In this document: one piece after another, positions 1 to 14,528 of the stretch
How positions within the stretch are numbered: position 1 is the stretch's first letter
Layout of the letters: every line of letters starts with the position of its first letter
DNA from: Bilabrum cf. latius
Taxonomy: Eukaryota
NCBI GenBank assembly: GCA_965178125.1
Contig: OZ237739.1
Span: forward strand, 248,001-312,000
Reading direction: 5' to 3'
Length of the DNA: 64,000 nt
Notes under the pieces: model-generated
Databases searched by the model: none
What the model was told of the DNA's origin: nothing
What the model saw: only the letters and a program-made list of their open reading frames with translations
Made by a program: the position numbers and the translations under genes

Positions 1-3000
1 TTGATGACAATGTAAATGACTATCGCCCCGACAGCCATGCTACCCAGAGAGACACTCGCAAGCGTTGCAGTAGACCACATCGTGCTGTTGGAGTCTGTAC
101 TCTCCTATTCACCACCGGAGGGTCCGCCGCCGTTCGAGACAGTAGCACCCTGCCGAGATGGCTTCCTGCCGCCGTTCAACGCCCAAGCCGTTTCGCTTGC
201 GCGGCGGGTCCCGGGCTCAGGACCGGGCGATTTCACCGGGGGCGGTGGAAGGGCATCACCCTTTGGCAGCGACGAGTCGAAATCAATGGTGGGCTGGGGT
301 TCTCGCTCCCAGGCCGGAATCCCCTTGCCATCCTTGTCATCCTTGTCATGAAGGCTGCTCTGGTCTCGCTCCTCGACTGGATCTGCTGCAAGCACCTGCG
401 CTCCCGCCCCTCCATCGTGTGCCAGATTGCGCTGCCAGTCAAGCAAAGCGTACTGTGAAGTGCCCGTTGACACCACCACCAGCCCGATCCTGAACTGGCT
501 AGACCGCGGCCACGGGGTCGCGCCGCCCTACTCCGGCCTGGGTCCGCACACCTGCAGCATCCAGTCCATGGGCTCGTCGTGCGTGAGCCTGTAAGGGAAC
601 GCCAAGGACGCGTTGGCCGGCCTCGCTGTCACGCGATAGTCCATAGGAACCTCGATGCTCTCGGTGTTGATGCCGTCAGCGAACCACTGCGGCTCCTGGC
701 CCGCGGGCCGATCCGCCAGCAACACGGCGAGGGCCACGTGCTGGATCAGCAGGGGCATGCCCTCGCGCTTGTTGGTGATCGGGAAGAACGCCCGCCAGCA
801 TGCGTCGTCCTCGTCCTCTGCATCGACGCCGTCCACGTCCTCGCCGTCCTCTAGCGAAGCAGGCGAGTCGTCGCCGCCCGGAGACTTGCCAGCATGCTCC
901 TACGCTTGCAGGTTGACAATGGGCCATTCCTGCCTCAGGCTGGGCATCGTGTCTAGCTGCTGCACGTGCACGCTAAGCTTCTCGTTCCCCACAGCAACCT
1001 CTGGCATGACGGCCTGAAAGTGCATCGTGACGCTCTCAACCTCGCTCAGGATTGAAGAGCTCAGCAGTAGCTGCACCGCACTGTCTCCTGCCTTGGTGGG
1101 CTCAAAGGCGAACGGGCCAATTAGCTTTGTCTGGCTCTGGGCCAGCCTCTGGCGGGTAGATAGCACGACGGGGACCGTGCTGCCGTAGCGATTGCTCTGC
1201 GACTGCCGCCACCACTGCAGCTTGACGCTGTTGCGGCGCTCAGCCGGGATTGCCGAGGTCTCGTTCACGCCCGTCCCATCCGACAGGAAGCCCCGATCTG
1301 CCGTTCGGAACGCCTCTTCGCCCGCACCATGAGCGACTGCAGAGAAGCGGAGGCCTACAGAGATTCCTAGCCCAGCATCACTCAGCGCACTCACCCGAGA
1401 CCCGTTATTGCGCAAGGCCCAACCGGCCATGTATGCAGCGGGCACGCCGTGACCCCCGCAGCGCGATTCGAGCGTCTCGCACGACAGGGCAGTGGACGAC
1501 ATCATCGAGTAGCAGTTGGAGAGCACCTCGTCGTTGATGAACTGGGCCATCGCGTGGTTTGGCTCCCCCTCGCACTCGGGGCAGCGGTCTCCGGCGGCGC
1601 TCCGCAGGAAAGCCACGTCGATCCGTTCCTCTTCCTGCTTGCCGACCTGCTCGAAATGCTCCCACAAGGCGACCTCCCCAGGCACGTCTGCCATCCACTC
1701 CCCCAGGAAACCGAGACCTAGGACACCCTGCAGCTGGTACAGCCAGGACTCCCGGGCGCGCATGGAGGCCTCGAGCGCAAGCCGCTCGGCATTCGATCTG
1801 AGCACAGCGCAGATGTGCATCGCATCCGCGCACACGGAGGGCCCCGCCGCGGCATGGCTGCTCCTGTGTGTGTCCAGCTCGTGGGCAATGCAGGCCTTGG
1901 TGGCGGCATCGAAGCTGCGGACAAGCGCTCTTTGGTTGCGGTTGATCTGGACCTGGTCGTCGAGGTTAGAACGGTGCAGGTTCGCGCTCGTGATCCTGTT
2001 GGTGCCATCGCAGGTGGTGGCGTGCCCGACCTGCCTGGGAGAGATGGTGCCGTTGCCGTAGTAGGACGCCAGGCCCTCTAGCGAGACTCCCTCCGCCTGC
2101 AACTTGGATGCCTCCAGCTGGGGGTCCAGCGGCTGGGCACACAGTGCCCTGCACCTCATCCTCACCTCGGGCATGTACGCTGGGTCCCAGCACTGCTCGG
2201 TGACCACCGTGGCAGACGCTGCGGGAGCGTGGATGGTGTAGGCCGAGGAGCTGTCCCGCGATCGGATCGTGTTGGCAAAAGGGCCTGCGAGAGGAGTAGA
2301 CACGACGTTCTCGATTCCGAAGCGCATCTCTGGGCCCGTGACAAGGTCGTCGTCCGGAGATGCGAAGCTGCTGCGGAAGTATGCATCCGCGAGGGATGAT
2401 GGCAGGAACCTGCGCAATTCCGACTGCCCAACGGAATGCCCTCGGCTGGTCCACGCTGCCTGGCTCCCGATTCTGCCTGACACGGCCCTGTACTCTGGCC
2501 TGGGCCTGGCTCCCTGCAGTGTGACATCGACGATGATCTCGCGGCCGAACGGGTTGCGGACAGGCAGCATTGCCACCGCCCCCTCGCCCACGTAGGTTGG
2601 CGGCATCATCAAGTGCACGCCGCCCTGCTGCAGCTGCACCGAGGCAGGCAGCAGGAACTTCTGCACGTCAGCCAGCGAGCTGAACCTGAACCTGTCCGCC
2701 ACCACCGCGGCAGTCATGACGTCCGCGATCGCAAACCGCACGGCTTGCCTCGCCACGAAAGTCGCCAGATCGAAGCCCAGCTCGGCATCCGACCGCGCCG
2801 CAATCGCGCTCATCCTCGCCTGCACGTGCGCGTCGTTGTATGACGTGCTCGGTCCGCATTCGGAGGGCAGATCCGCAACGTTGGCTGAGAGGCCGGCCAG
2901 AGTGCGGTTCTCCATCATGAGCCCGCGGCCCATTTCGATCGGAATGAAACGCACGAACGAAGGCGCAAAGAATGGCTGCAGCACGTCAATGGGCTGCACG

Positions 3001-6000
3001 TCACCGCCAGCAAAGCCAGCGACAAGCGTGCTGCGGCTCCAGTCGCCAGTCGGAATCTCCTTCTACTAGGCTTCGTCTGCTGTGTCTGATCTGTCTGTCT
3101 CATTCGAGGTCGTGGGTCGCGAAAGCAGCACGGCTTGCGGGTGCACGTCGAGGGTCTCGCTGGGGTCGACGCACTCGCGCTCTGCGAGCCGCATCCCGCG
3201 CCCCAGCTGGCAGCGAGGCACCGTCTTGATGACACCAGATGGGATGCCGCTGGAAGGCCCCGGCAGCTGAGCGATCGAGAACCGGTGCTCCTCCTTGCCC
3301 TAGGCGTCCACAGTGGCCTCGGGCTCGACCCCTAGCACACCGATCGGTCTGCCGTCCCGAATCCTGGCCTAGATCTCCTTCCAGGACATCGGCCCGCCGT
3401 GGGGGTTCTCCACGCCGGAGTCAGGCCCCAGTGCATCCCACCGCAAGGCGCCGGAGGACTTTCCCCTGGGCGCAGCCACGAACATGGGAGCGTCAGGACT
3501 CGCAGCGATGGATCGGACGAAGGACAGCTTGGCGCCGCGCGCCAGGAACGGCGCGGGAGGCAGCACCACGGCCCTGCCTCTCTTCCGACTCGCGTCGCCC
3601 CACTGTGATCCAAGCAGAGCGACGAGCGAGTCATCGCAGCCCAGTCCCTCGGTGGGGCCGCTCCCTCGCGACGTGTCCTCTGTGCCCAGCATCGTCTCCA
3701 CCTGCAACTGCGCGCCGGCTCCCAGCGTCATCCGGGCCTGCACCACCAGCGAGCCGGCTGCACCTGCCAGGTTCTCGGCGATGGCGGTCGTCGCCGCCCC
3801 TGGTTCCATCTTGAGCTGGATTCCGACTGCCTGCGTCCCATAGTCCGAGAGCAGCAGCAGGGCGTCGGCCGCTCTGAGCCTAACTGAGGCACCCAGGGCC
3901 GGAGGGGCCGTGACTGCGACCGACAGCAAGACGGTGCCGCCAGGAGGCACCACCGCCTGCACCGGGGAGGTTGCCGGCGCCACAGTCCCAGTCCCCTGGA
4001 TGATCACGCGAGGCAGCCCGCCCACCCCGTGCGCATCCTCCCAGTCGGCTCCCTTGCGGCCCTTGCTTGCCCTGGCCTTGCGCCTGGAGCCCCTGCCCCT
4101 GCTGCGTGCCTGTGATGCGTCTTCGCCCTCATCGACGTCCAGCTGCTCCGCGCTTTCAGACGCGCAGAGGGCGCGGTGAGCCGCGGTCCTGCCGCCCAGA
4201 CCTACCTGGGTGGAGCGCCCCACTCTGAGGCGCTTGCCGCACATGAGCTCCAGGTGCACGCTGTCCACGGCGAGATAGGGCGGCTGGATGGAGCCATCCG
4301 GGTTCAGTGGCAGGTCCAGGCTGCCCATGGCCACCACGGTTGCCCTCGGTTGCCGCACCCGGACCATGCTCGCGTTGACCGACAGCAGGCCAGCGAGGTC
4401 TGCACGCACGGACACACCCAGCAGGCGGTGGGGTACCGGATCCGGGTTCCTGATCTGCAGCTCGACCACCCGAGTCGTCGCCTCGGAGAGCTTCCCAAAA
4501 TCTACCCAGGCCGGGGGGCGCTTTGGCAGCGGGAGATTTGCCACGTTCAGCAGCGGCCTCGGCTCCGTGGGCCGTCCAGTGGCTGGGTCTCGCCAGCTGG
4601 GGTCTGGCTTGCGGTACGGAGGCGGGACCTCCTCGGGGTCACCCGCGCTCTCCTGCGCGGCCGTCAGATTCCCACCGCCACCCTCTCCACCAATCCCGTC
4701 TATCTGCGCCTGAACTCCGAGGGGCAGCTCGATGCTGGCTGCCTCGAGCATCCTTGCGCCCAGCAGCTCGTCGTAGCTGGCGTAGCCCGGCTGGCCCAGA
4801 ACTTCCTGCAGCCACTCCTCACTGTCCCTGCCAGGGGCGTACGCCTACGCCACGTCGGTCTCATTGCCGGCCCAGAAGGGATCCAGCTCCGTGGTAAGGT
4901 TGGTGAGTCCGACGAGGGTATCGCAGTCCACGATGGGGGGCAGGCCCTGTTGCCTACGCAGGCGCCTGATCCTGCCCTTGAGGTGCGGCGGGATGACCTG
5001 CTTGCAGGAGTACCCCACATCATCCACGATGTCTAGGCTGCCACTGGCCAGCTCAGCCGCGGCGCTCGTTGCGTGAGCTCTCGTGGGAATCTTGACGGCC
5101 AGCCAGAAGAGGTGGCACCGGTTCCTGTTCTCTGCTCCCGTGCCCGCGGGCTGCCCATCGGGCCCGTGGGGACAGGCCGCCTGCTCGCTGGAGAGGTCGA
5201 ACCGGCCGCACGTGGGCAGTGCCTTGGGCGCCATCAGCTCGAAATCGTGGATCGGCTCCGAGTGAGCCGCAGCGTATACCCCCATGGCTTGCATGGTGGT
5301 GTGCCTGCTCATCGACAGCGTCGCATCGGCAGCCACAAACAGGCTGGGAGCGCCACCGAGGGCAGTCTACGCGGTCGTTTGGTCCGCGATGTCTTCCTTG
5401 GTTGTGTTGTTGAAGTGCAGCGGAGGGTGTGCCGACGCCACGAGGTGCATGTTGACGTTGACCGAGTCGTGCCCCCTGACGGCGGTGCGCATCGCGCTAG
5501 CCCAGTCGAAGTGGCAGCGGGGCACCACGTCCAGCCCTCCCTGCGCGGTCTGCACGGTGACGTGGAGTGACGTCACGTTCGTCATCAGCAGCAGCTCGGT
5601 GCGCTCCGGGGCGGCCTGCGAGGGGTCGCGCGCGATGGCGCTTAGCACCGCGGAGTCCACCGCCGCCATGGCGCTCCGGTACCCCTGGTCGTCGTCCTCC
5701 AGCAGCACGTGCCTCTCCTTTGCCGTACCCTCCTCCAGCGCGTCCGGAGTGGCCACCGCACGCGCGAGGCACAGGAGCCCGTGGACCGTGCGCAGGGCCT
5801 GGGCTCGCTGCCTGGCGTGGGCATTGGACGTATCGGTGCAGCCGGGCCCCGTGCACACCACGGCGCGAAGAAACGGATCCGCGATGCGCCGCGCATCTGC
5901 GGGATCCGCCAGGCTGAACAGGGCGCCGTTGGGCCAGCTTCCCGCAGGGATTCCGTCCGGCCTGCTCGGCGGCGCGAAGGCGTCCCTCGCGAGGTGGGCC

Positions 6001-9000
6001 CATCCCGGGTGTGCCGCGTCCTCCGAGGCAATGGGCATGCCCTCGTCGTCGAACGGGCCCCCGTCCTGCCGCCTCCTCGCGGTGGCCACCGCGTCCCAGG
6101 GGCACCGGAGCTCGTCCAAGCTGCCCGGCGTGATCATGCGCGTGAGGTTTCCGATGAGCCATCGCACGGACCGCTCCCGCGGCCCCCTCCACTTCCTTGC
6201 GCCAGGCAGGTCCTTGTGCTGCACGGCCGACGCGTTGTACCTCCCCTCCTCCTCAACGGCCGGCGGGCGCCCCAGCACCTGCTCGATCCCGTGATCGGGA
6301 TCGATGGTCGCGGTCACACCAGCTGGAGGTGCCTCCGGGCTGCACACGCCCGAGCTCGACAGCATCTTGCCGACCACCACGCTGGTGGCGAGCTTCCTGG
6401 TCGTCCTGTCCATGGCTCCGGCGGTGCGGTTGCCCTCCGCAATCTCCTCCAGCTTCTTGTACTCTGGCGACTTGGACGTGATGGGGACGCCCTTGCGCGT
6501 GCGGACCTTGCTGCGCTTCGAGGCCACGAGGGCGGCCGCAGAGCCGGCTAGCACGGCGTCCAGCTCTGCCGACGGCACGGACGTCTGAAGCCGGAGCGCC
6601 GCCTCGCAGATGTCGTACCGGAACAGCCCGTCGTGCAGCCCCTAGGTGCTCCTCGGCGGCCTGGGGACCAGCAGATCCGACAGGCCCGCCCGCATCAGCC
6701 GCCTCGCTACCTCGGCCTCGAGACGTGTGCCGTACCGCTAGGAGTGCCCCTGCGGCTGCAGCGACTGCAGAGCCCCAGAGTCCATGTCCACGCCGATGGG
6801 GAAGGGCCCGTCGATGGGGTCACCGGGGCTGGCGATGCCGGCGCTGAACTCCAGGTTGTCCGAGTCGAGCGACTTGGTCCCCGCGGGAGTCCCGCCGCCG
6901 GCGCTGGCGGAGGAGGAGGAGGGCACACCATCGAAGGGGCCTATGGCCGACCCTGGCGGGATCCCAGTGGACCCGTGGAGGTAGATCTCCGCCTCTGCTG
7001 CGTCTAGCACGGCCTTTCGCAACTCCTCGGGGGCGCTTCCCTCCGCCGTGGCGGTCAGCAGGGACCTGAGGTACTCGGGCTGGAGGGCCGCCGCCCTCAC
7101 CTGGATGGGGGTCCCCCCGCTCCCAGTGACAATGGTCCGCATGCCGGCCTCGGGCCCGTAGGTCAGAGGCGTCCAGTCCGCTGTCTTAGAGCCCAGCTGC
7201 GAATTGCCGATCGCCTAGCCCTAGACCTCCGAAGGGTCCACAGTCGTCGAGAAGTCACCCCGAGGCCCATCCCAGGGGTCCGTATCGCTGTCCACCAGCT
7301 TCTCCCACACGCGCTGGTCGCCGCCCTGCCGCATAGCCTCCTCCTGCGGGGTGGCCTCCGATCCCAGGTACCCGTCACCCGAGTCCTGCAGCGCCAGCAG
7401 TGCATGCCTGCCCGCTCGCTTTTCCTATGGACCCTGTCCGAACCCGGCGGGCAGCAGTCCCGCCGAGAGCGCGATGCTCTCCGCCGTTGTCAGCAGACGG
7501 TCCAGCGCGTAGTTGAGCAGCTGCACGGAGGCCCGTGCCGAGGCATTGGACGCAGACAGGCCCTCGTGCTCCAGCAGCTGGCCCTCCACCGTGGCCTGCC
7601 CGGTGGTGGATGACTTGAACCCCCTGGCCTTGCGCTGCCGCTCCTGCTCGTTGGACCTGCGAGAGCCTCGGGTGGCACGGCGCAGCGCGGGGGCGCGGAA
7701 CACCGCGGCCGCCCGTTGCACCACCCCGAGGATCTTTGCGCTCGCAGCCAGAGCGTGGGCTCCGTGCCGCACCCTCCCCCCTGCCACCGCCGGCTGCACG
7801 GGACCCTGGTCCACCAGGGGGCAGTAGAACAACCCCGCGCCCTTCGTCCCGTGGACCCACAGGGGCGCTGGTCCGCTTTGGGAGGAAGCCCCCGCCACTG
7901 CGCCTGCCTTGCCCAGGCACGCCCGTCTGGGGTTGTACTCGGGAGAGATCGGCTGGTGCACGGGCTGCGCGCCGGGCTTGGCTAGCACGGCCAGGTGAAT
8001 CGGATCCCAAGCGTCCCCGGGGTGAGCGACCGACTGCTCGGGGGCTCGCTGCACGACCACGCGGGGGTCCAGAGCAAATGCGCCGTACAGCTGCACGGGG
8101 ACGGGGAGGAGGTTTCGCAGTAGGATGGGCCGCGCCACGCCCGTGGCCCACGCCGAGGACTGCCAGCCCCCGGCGTCAGCCCAGCTCCTGTACTCTTCGA
8201 TCCCGATGGGGTTCGGCCTTCTGCCCGGATTCTTTTTCATCTGCAGGGCCTGTCGCACGTGAAGAGGGTGCGCGCTCTCAGGCGCAGGACCCTTGCCGCC
8301 AAATGCCATGCTTGCCATCGCGAGGTCCACTCCGTGGGAGCCGAGCGCGGGGTGGGACACACCAACCGCCAGCGCACGTTTGGCGCCCGACTCGCTGCCA
8401 CCCTGCACGGAGCTCGCCCACGACGGCATCTTGCTAGCAGACGACCAGTGGGACACCGTCTCGGCCACCGAAGGCGTCCCGCTTCCCTTGGACGGCCACG
8501 CGCGCACGAGGCTCCCGATCTGCGTGGATCGGGTCACCCCGCCCAAGCCACCGAACCCCTCTACGTCCGCGCACTGCCTCCACATGGCAGCCTCCACTGC
8601 GCTCAGTGAGTTCCTGGACTCCTTGCCCAGCTCGGTGGCAGCGAACCAGTCCGGCCTGCCGTGCGCCTGAGCCGCCATCACGAGGGCTCGGCGACGGAGG
8701 CTCGTGGCCCGCATGTGTAGAGAACGGGACGGCAGCGCCACTCCGTGCCTGACGAGCGCCCCGAGGGCGTGCTACTGCCGCTCCAGCGCGCACCGGCTGA
8801 TGCCGAACCACTAGATGCCAACCCCCGCTCGCAACGTGTGCGCGAGAAACCTGGCCTGCACAAAATCTGAGTCGCTGCCGCCGACCATGGCCGTCGCTCT
8901 TTCAAGCGCTACGTTCATTTGGGCGGGAGGCAGCTCGTCCGCCTTTGCGCTCGATACCGCTTCGTGCACCGGGGAGCAGGCATCCAGGCTCTGGACGAGC

Positions 9001-11897
9001 TCCTCGTGGCTGGCTGTGCACTCCATGGCGGTGCCCGACCCCGTGCCCGTGGAGCTGCTCTTCTTGTTCTTCTTATTCTTTGCTCCTTTCGACTGCTGAT
9101 AGTCATCCGGTCTCATCGCGACCTAGCCCGCCTGGTCGGCACCTGAAGGCAGCACGAAGACAAGGTCTGCCGTTCGAACTGCAACCGCTCCGCGCAGGAC
9201 CTTGCCGGTGAGCCGCACCTGAGCTTTTTCCCTGGAGGCCTGTGTGTGGTTCGATGTCACGTGCACGCGCGCCCGGAACTCCACCGCGAGCGCCAGCCTC
9301 TCCGTGGCCTCGTGGGCGTCTCCGTGGCGCAGGTGCTGCGTGCCCACCCCGATGACGGGGCTGAGTCCTCCCGCGGCGTTCCAGCTCCAGCCCGAAGTGC
9401 CACTTTCCTCGGATTTGCCGTCGCCGCGCTCCTCCGTGGCAGCCACTGGCACGGCGGGCTTCTTCCTAAAGTCGGAGGGACGCATCAGGAACCGCACCGA
9501 GGGCGAGCCGTCCGACGCGCCCCCGTCGCGCGGCAGGGCACCGAAGCCGTCCTGCAGCTGCGCCCTGGCGTGCAGCAGCGCCATTGCCTCCGCATGCACG
9601 GCAGAGTGCACCAGCTGAGAGGCCAGCACGGTCGCCACGCCGTCGCCGTCGGCCCACGAGGAGGGCGCGATGGTCTTGGGGGGCAGGGCCCCACCCACGA
9701 TGAGGTGGCTCGGAGTCGAGTCCAGTCCCGTGAGCCGCACGGGCGATGCGCCCCTGTTGGCGATTGCCATCCTCGCGCTCAGCACGTCGATCACCGGCTG
9801 CGCCGACCCGTCCAGGATCCCCCTCGGCGATGTGAATTTCCAAGGGAGGGAGACGCGGTTCCCCTGCAGCGCCATGGCCACCGTCTCGCCGTGAGACTCG
9901 CCCGGGGGTGTGCTGCCGGCGAGGCCGTCGCCATCCGGGTCGGTGGCGCGTACGTACTCGTCATCAAGGCTTGCCACTCTGGCCACCCCGAGAGAGGCCC
10001 CCGGAACGACCGCCTCCCTCCCGCCCAGATCCCAAGGGTCCATCGAGGCTGCTTCCTCCGTGGTGAGCTCTGACTCGACCGCCCACTCAGGCCGGGGCTT
10101 GATGTGACCAGAGCCGCTCGGCAAGGACGCGGGCGCAGGCGCTGGCTGGGGCGCCGCGAGCATGCTGTCTTCGTCCATCGGCAATGGAGTGTTCCAGTCG
10201 TCAGCCAAGACCGACCAGGCGGCTGCCTCGCTGGAGGGCTGAGCGCTGCCGCGTCGACTGGCAGCCCTCTTCTTTCCCTTGCCCTTCTTCTTTCCCTTGC
10301 CCTTCTTCTTTCCCTTGCCCTTCTTCTTTCCCTTGCCTCCTTTCGCGAGTGTTCCGCTGGGTTTTCCCTCCGGCTGCACTGGTGCCGCGCCCTGCCTACC
10401 ACTCACCATGTCAGCGTACCTGGCGCGGCGGGGCCACATGGCTCGGTGCATCGAATCAGTGAGATTGCCAGGGGGGCCGTGCGGTCCAGGTCGCATGTAC
10501 TACAGCAGGCTGCATGTTGCCGGCGTTGGTGGCATCACAGACGCGGCGCCCACACGCACCAGGCCTTTGATCCCAGCCAGCGGGTCCTGGGCCGCGTGCT
10601 CGGACGGCCCCGCGCCGCCCCCCCTCTCCACCGGCTCGCCATCGATTCCTACCTCTCGAGAGGAAGGAATCGGCACGGTCTTGTCGCTGCCCTCCTCATA
10701 CCATCCTACTTTAGACACTCCGCAAAGCTGGGGCAGGTACATGGCCCGCGCTGCCTCGAACATCGACCGGTCGTCGATGATGTAGCCCAGGTCCCACGAC
10801 TGCGGAGTCACGTCCAGCCCTCCTCGGGCCACCCGCAGCTGCACAGGGACCACCATGTCGTCCTTGCTCGTAGCCACGTGGACAAACCCGGAGTACATGC
10901 CCGGCGTGCTGCTTCGAAAGTGCAGCCGGGCCACCTTTGCGCTGCTGTGAGGCCCAATGATCCATCGCATGCCGTCTGCAGCGGCAGCCGCGCTGTCCAA
11001 CGCCAGCTCCGGGTCGGCTCCTGCGTGCTGCCCACCGGCGACTTTAACGTTTCCGCCCTATTGACTGCTGGTTGGCACTTTAGGTGCCCGTATGGCGAGG
11101 AAAGGCTCCGTGCTGAATATCTCCTTCACCCTCAGAGGCGTCTTGTGGGGGTTGTACAGGGTGAGCGCGGGGGAGAAGAGGGACCCAGCTGGCAGGGTGA
11201 CCCCGCTCAGTGCCTTAAGACGGTACTAGGAGTGTGTCCCGCTCCCGCCCACGCGCACAGTCACCACGCCCTGGCTGGTCTCCACGTACACGGTGTCATT
11301 GATCGGACCAGTCGCGTGCGGTACCACGATCACGTTCACGAGACCGGGCTCTGCCAGCGTGGCCTGGTCTCTCTATATGGATGGGAACACGGATGGCGTG
11401 CTGGCCCAGGTGCTGATGAGCTTGACGGGGGCAGGTGGTCCGTCCGTTTGACCGACACTGGGCCCGTCGGATCCTCCTCGCGCTGCCCGGGTCGCAGCCT
11501 AGCCGGAGCTCGCCGTGGGCGGTGAGACGGCGATTTCAACCGATTTGACGCTCGCAATGCACAGCTACCTGCGCCCAAACCCAAGCAAGCGCGGCTGGGC
11601 CTTGATCCACGACGGGGCCCGCTGCAGCGTCGCCGCGACGGCCGCGGATGGACGGCCCTTGAGAGGACCGAACTCCTCTTCCTGAATGCGAAGACTTCCG
11701 GCCGAGTCCTTGGCGCTCCAACCTGGCGCATCTACTGCTGTGGTTGTATCTACCAGCGGTGGTGGCCGCGGCTCTGGCCTGCCGGTGCTTGCTAGGCTGC
11801 CGGGTTGGCTCTGTCTGCCGTGCATCTGCGACCTCCCTCTTTGCAACGCCGCAGCAAATGAAGTGATCAAAGCCAGCATGCCCAGTATACGGGCCAT
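1..11897 (-). CDS. Very large TMEM131-like membrane protein, ~3960+ aa with TAG=Gln, running off the left edge of the window
   Basis: Twelve track ORFs (105-479 through 11565-11897) lie in one minus frame, and every junction I checked is a TAG. N-terminal signal peptide (MARILGMLALITSFAAA). TMEM131-like segments YRLKALSG..LYNPHKTPLRVKEIFS and WIIGPHSSAKVARLHF..GFVHVATSKDDMVVPVQLRV. A hydrophobic helix lies near positions 1-60. Not every gap was checked. Confidence 0.7.
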
Positions 11898-12412
11898 ATC
11901 TGGACCCCTAGGGGAGATCCTGCGGCCGGAGAAAAAGCATGCAGAAGGCGAACAATAAGGCTAGAACGGTGCCAACGACAAAGTCATAGGCAAAGCTTTG
12001 GCCCTAAAGGAGATGCTTAATGTGAATAATACTCCTTTTAGGGATACAGAGTAGTTAAGTATCACTCGCGTTCGAATCCGCATCACTATGAGCAGTGACA
12101 AACTCAAACCGCCGAGATAGCTCCTTTGCAGATCCCCACATGGAGCGGTACAACGAGGATATCGACCCAAATAGAACAATAAATCAGATACGGGGCAAAT
12201 GCAAAGCATCGGAACTCACCAGGGCTTGAAAATGCGCGGTACAGTCATGTACAACTGGAGGTATCCGCACGCTACAAACGCCGCGAAAGCAACCGACAAC
12301 AAATCAGCACATAGTTGTGGTGTTGAAAAGGTCCGCGGGTTCTGCTCCAAGCTGGTCGGTAGGAAGCCTATATCAGCTCGATTTGGGGCTGTTTGGCGAC
12401 CTTACCAAAGCA

Positions 12413-14528
12413 ATGGCGAGCCAATCGAATGCCGGGTAGTCCAGCGGCCACAGTCGCGTACTCAGCGCCTAGTCAGTGCTGTGCTTGCTATCCGCCTTCG
12501 TGGTTGGCTTCTTGATTGTAGGTACTGGCCGTTTTCATCTATATCACATGCAAGAGACCTCGGCGGCAGGAACTGGTAGCGCGATATCGGGCCACAAGCT
12601 CCGGGCGCTGGTCAATAGTCGCAGCTCCGTCCCTGTGTCTGCGGAGAGGAAGCAGCAAACCATTCTGGCTGAAGTCGAAGCGGCCAAGGCAGCTGCACTG
12701 GCGAGTCTGCCAAAGTGTCATGGCGTGGGAGAGACCAGGAGCCAATGCCCGGCGTGCCCCGAATCTGTGGCGGTTGCAGCACCGGCACCAGCGGCCGCGG
12801 CGGCTCCGCGGACCGTTGCCTCGGGCTCCTGCCCCGTCATCCCAGCAGCAGAGACGCTTGGTGGCCTCGTTGCGTATAGCGCCAAGCAGAACCCGAAGCA
12901 GCTTACGGATGCTAAGCCTCCCACCGCACCGAGGGGCGCCCAGGAGGCCGACGGCCCCACGATCCAGCTGCTATCCTACATCGGCCCCTTCGGAGCCTAG
13001 CTCGGGGAACAGTGGTGGACCCCCAACAAGCCTTGGCCGCACTACTGCCCCGTCAACTGCAGACGGGTCAGCGACAGAGGCAGCATCAGCGTGGCTGACG
13101 CAGTCATGTTCCACGGGCCCGGGCTATCCAGGGGTGCCATGCCATCCAGGGGCAAGCAGGGACAGCTGTTCGTCATGACAGGGCAGGAATCGGCGGGGTA
13201 CTACCCATCGATGGGTGCAGACAGCGAGGTTTACAAGGAAATAGACGTGACGCAGTGCTACCAGACTGCCATACGCAAGCCGGACAGGTTCAGGCGGTTC
13301 GTGCCAGGGGACCAGCCGGCGGGGGAGCGAGAGCACAAGACTCTCTACCACCAGCAGTTCTCAAAATGGGCCAACCCGGGGGGATACTGGTCCAATTTCG
13401 AGTACGGCAGCTTCGCGCACAGGCGGCCGCAGATGTACAAGAAGGGCGGGTTCGCCGTGTGGATGCACAACAAGTGAGAGAGAAAGGGAATCGGTGCCTC
13501 AGGCGCTGCACGCTACTATTGATGCATGTTGTTTTCTGCAGATGCTCGCCTTCTTTCGATGAGTGCATTATCGCGCGCGTTACTTGCGCTTGCATCCCCT
13601 TGTGATGCCCTCTGCTCCCTCAATCCTCGTTCGCAGCTGCAACGCCAACAGTCGCCGAGAGCAGGTGGTCAAGCACCTCATGCCCAAGATGCCCATTGAC
13701 AGCCCGGGCAAGTGCATCCACAACCGCGATTTCCCCAACAGCATGAACACAAAGGACCCGACCACCGTTGTGGCGGGCTTCAAGTTCTACCTATCGCTCG
13801 AGAACGTCTTTGACGACCCTGACTGGGTGTCGAGCACGTACTTTCGGGTACTGGACGCCGGCTCCATTCCCGTGTACATGGGAGCTCCAAACATACAAAA
13901 GTATTCGCCGCAGCCGGGTTACGTCATCAACATGTACGATTTCGAGACGCCGGACCACCTTGTGGACTACCTCATGTACCTGGACGCGAACGACACGGCC
14001 TACTACGAGAAGCTGCAATGGAAGGAGGAGGGCCCTTCATCCGATTTCGTAGAGTTCATGCGGCTGGCGGACCTGCACTCCGACTGCAGGCTGTGCACGC
14101 TCATCGCGCTAGAGAGACGGGACGAGTTCCCCAGGCCTGCCCAGGTGAGGCTGGACGCCTTCGCCTCGGACTTTAACCGGTGGAATTACTTGAACCGCAA
14201 GCTTGACGCCTAGGCGGATAAAGGCACCGGCTCTGTCCTGTCGGGCGACCTTCGGCACGACCTGAGGCCATAGGCCTGGAAAGATGCCCTCACGAAGGGG
14301 GGCGCAGGGGGATACCCGCCTTATTCCAAGACCAAGAGGAGCGATGCAGGGGTCTGGAGGTAGTACGTGCAGCATCAGAAGAAGAGAATAGCGGGCGGCG
14401 AGAAGCGCGTGGTGCTGGGCGACTGGGCCGACGCGATGCTCAAGCTGGACCAGGAGGGCAAGAGGCCCTTGCCGCCGGCGTGGGTCAGGGGGGCCCTCTC
14501 GGCTGCTGCTGCTGCGGATGGGGGGTGA
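12413..14528 (+). CDS. Alpha-1,3-fucosyltransferase (GT10), type II membrane protein, with one intron at 13474-13636
   Basis: N-terminal TM segment; CPVNC..ADAVMFH; QES. A GT..AG intron joins WMHN|NCNANSRRE. The segment FKFYLSLEN..DWVSSTYFRVLDAGSIPVYMGAPN matches the GT10 motif. Several in-frame TAGs; ends at TGA. Confidence 0.85.

Noticed and set aside
16-11958. Numerous plus-strand and alternate-frame ORFs (e.g. 5284-6294, 10104-11525)
   Set aside because: These are antisense shadows of the long GC-rich minus-strand gene with no recognisable motifs.
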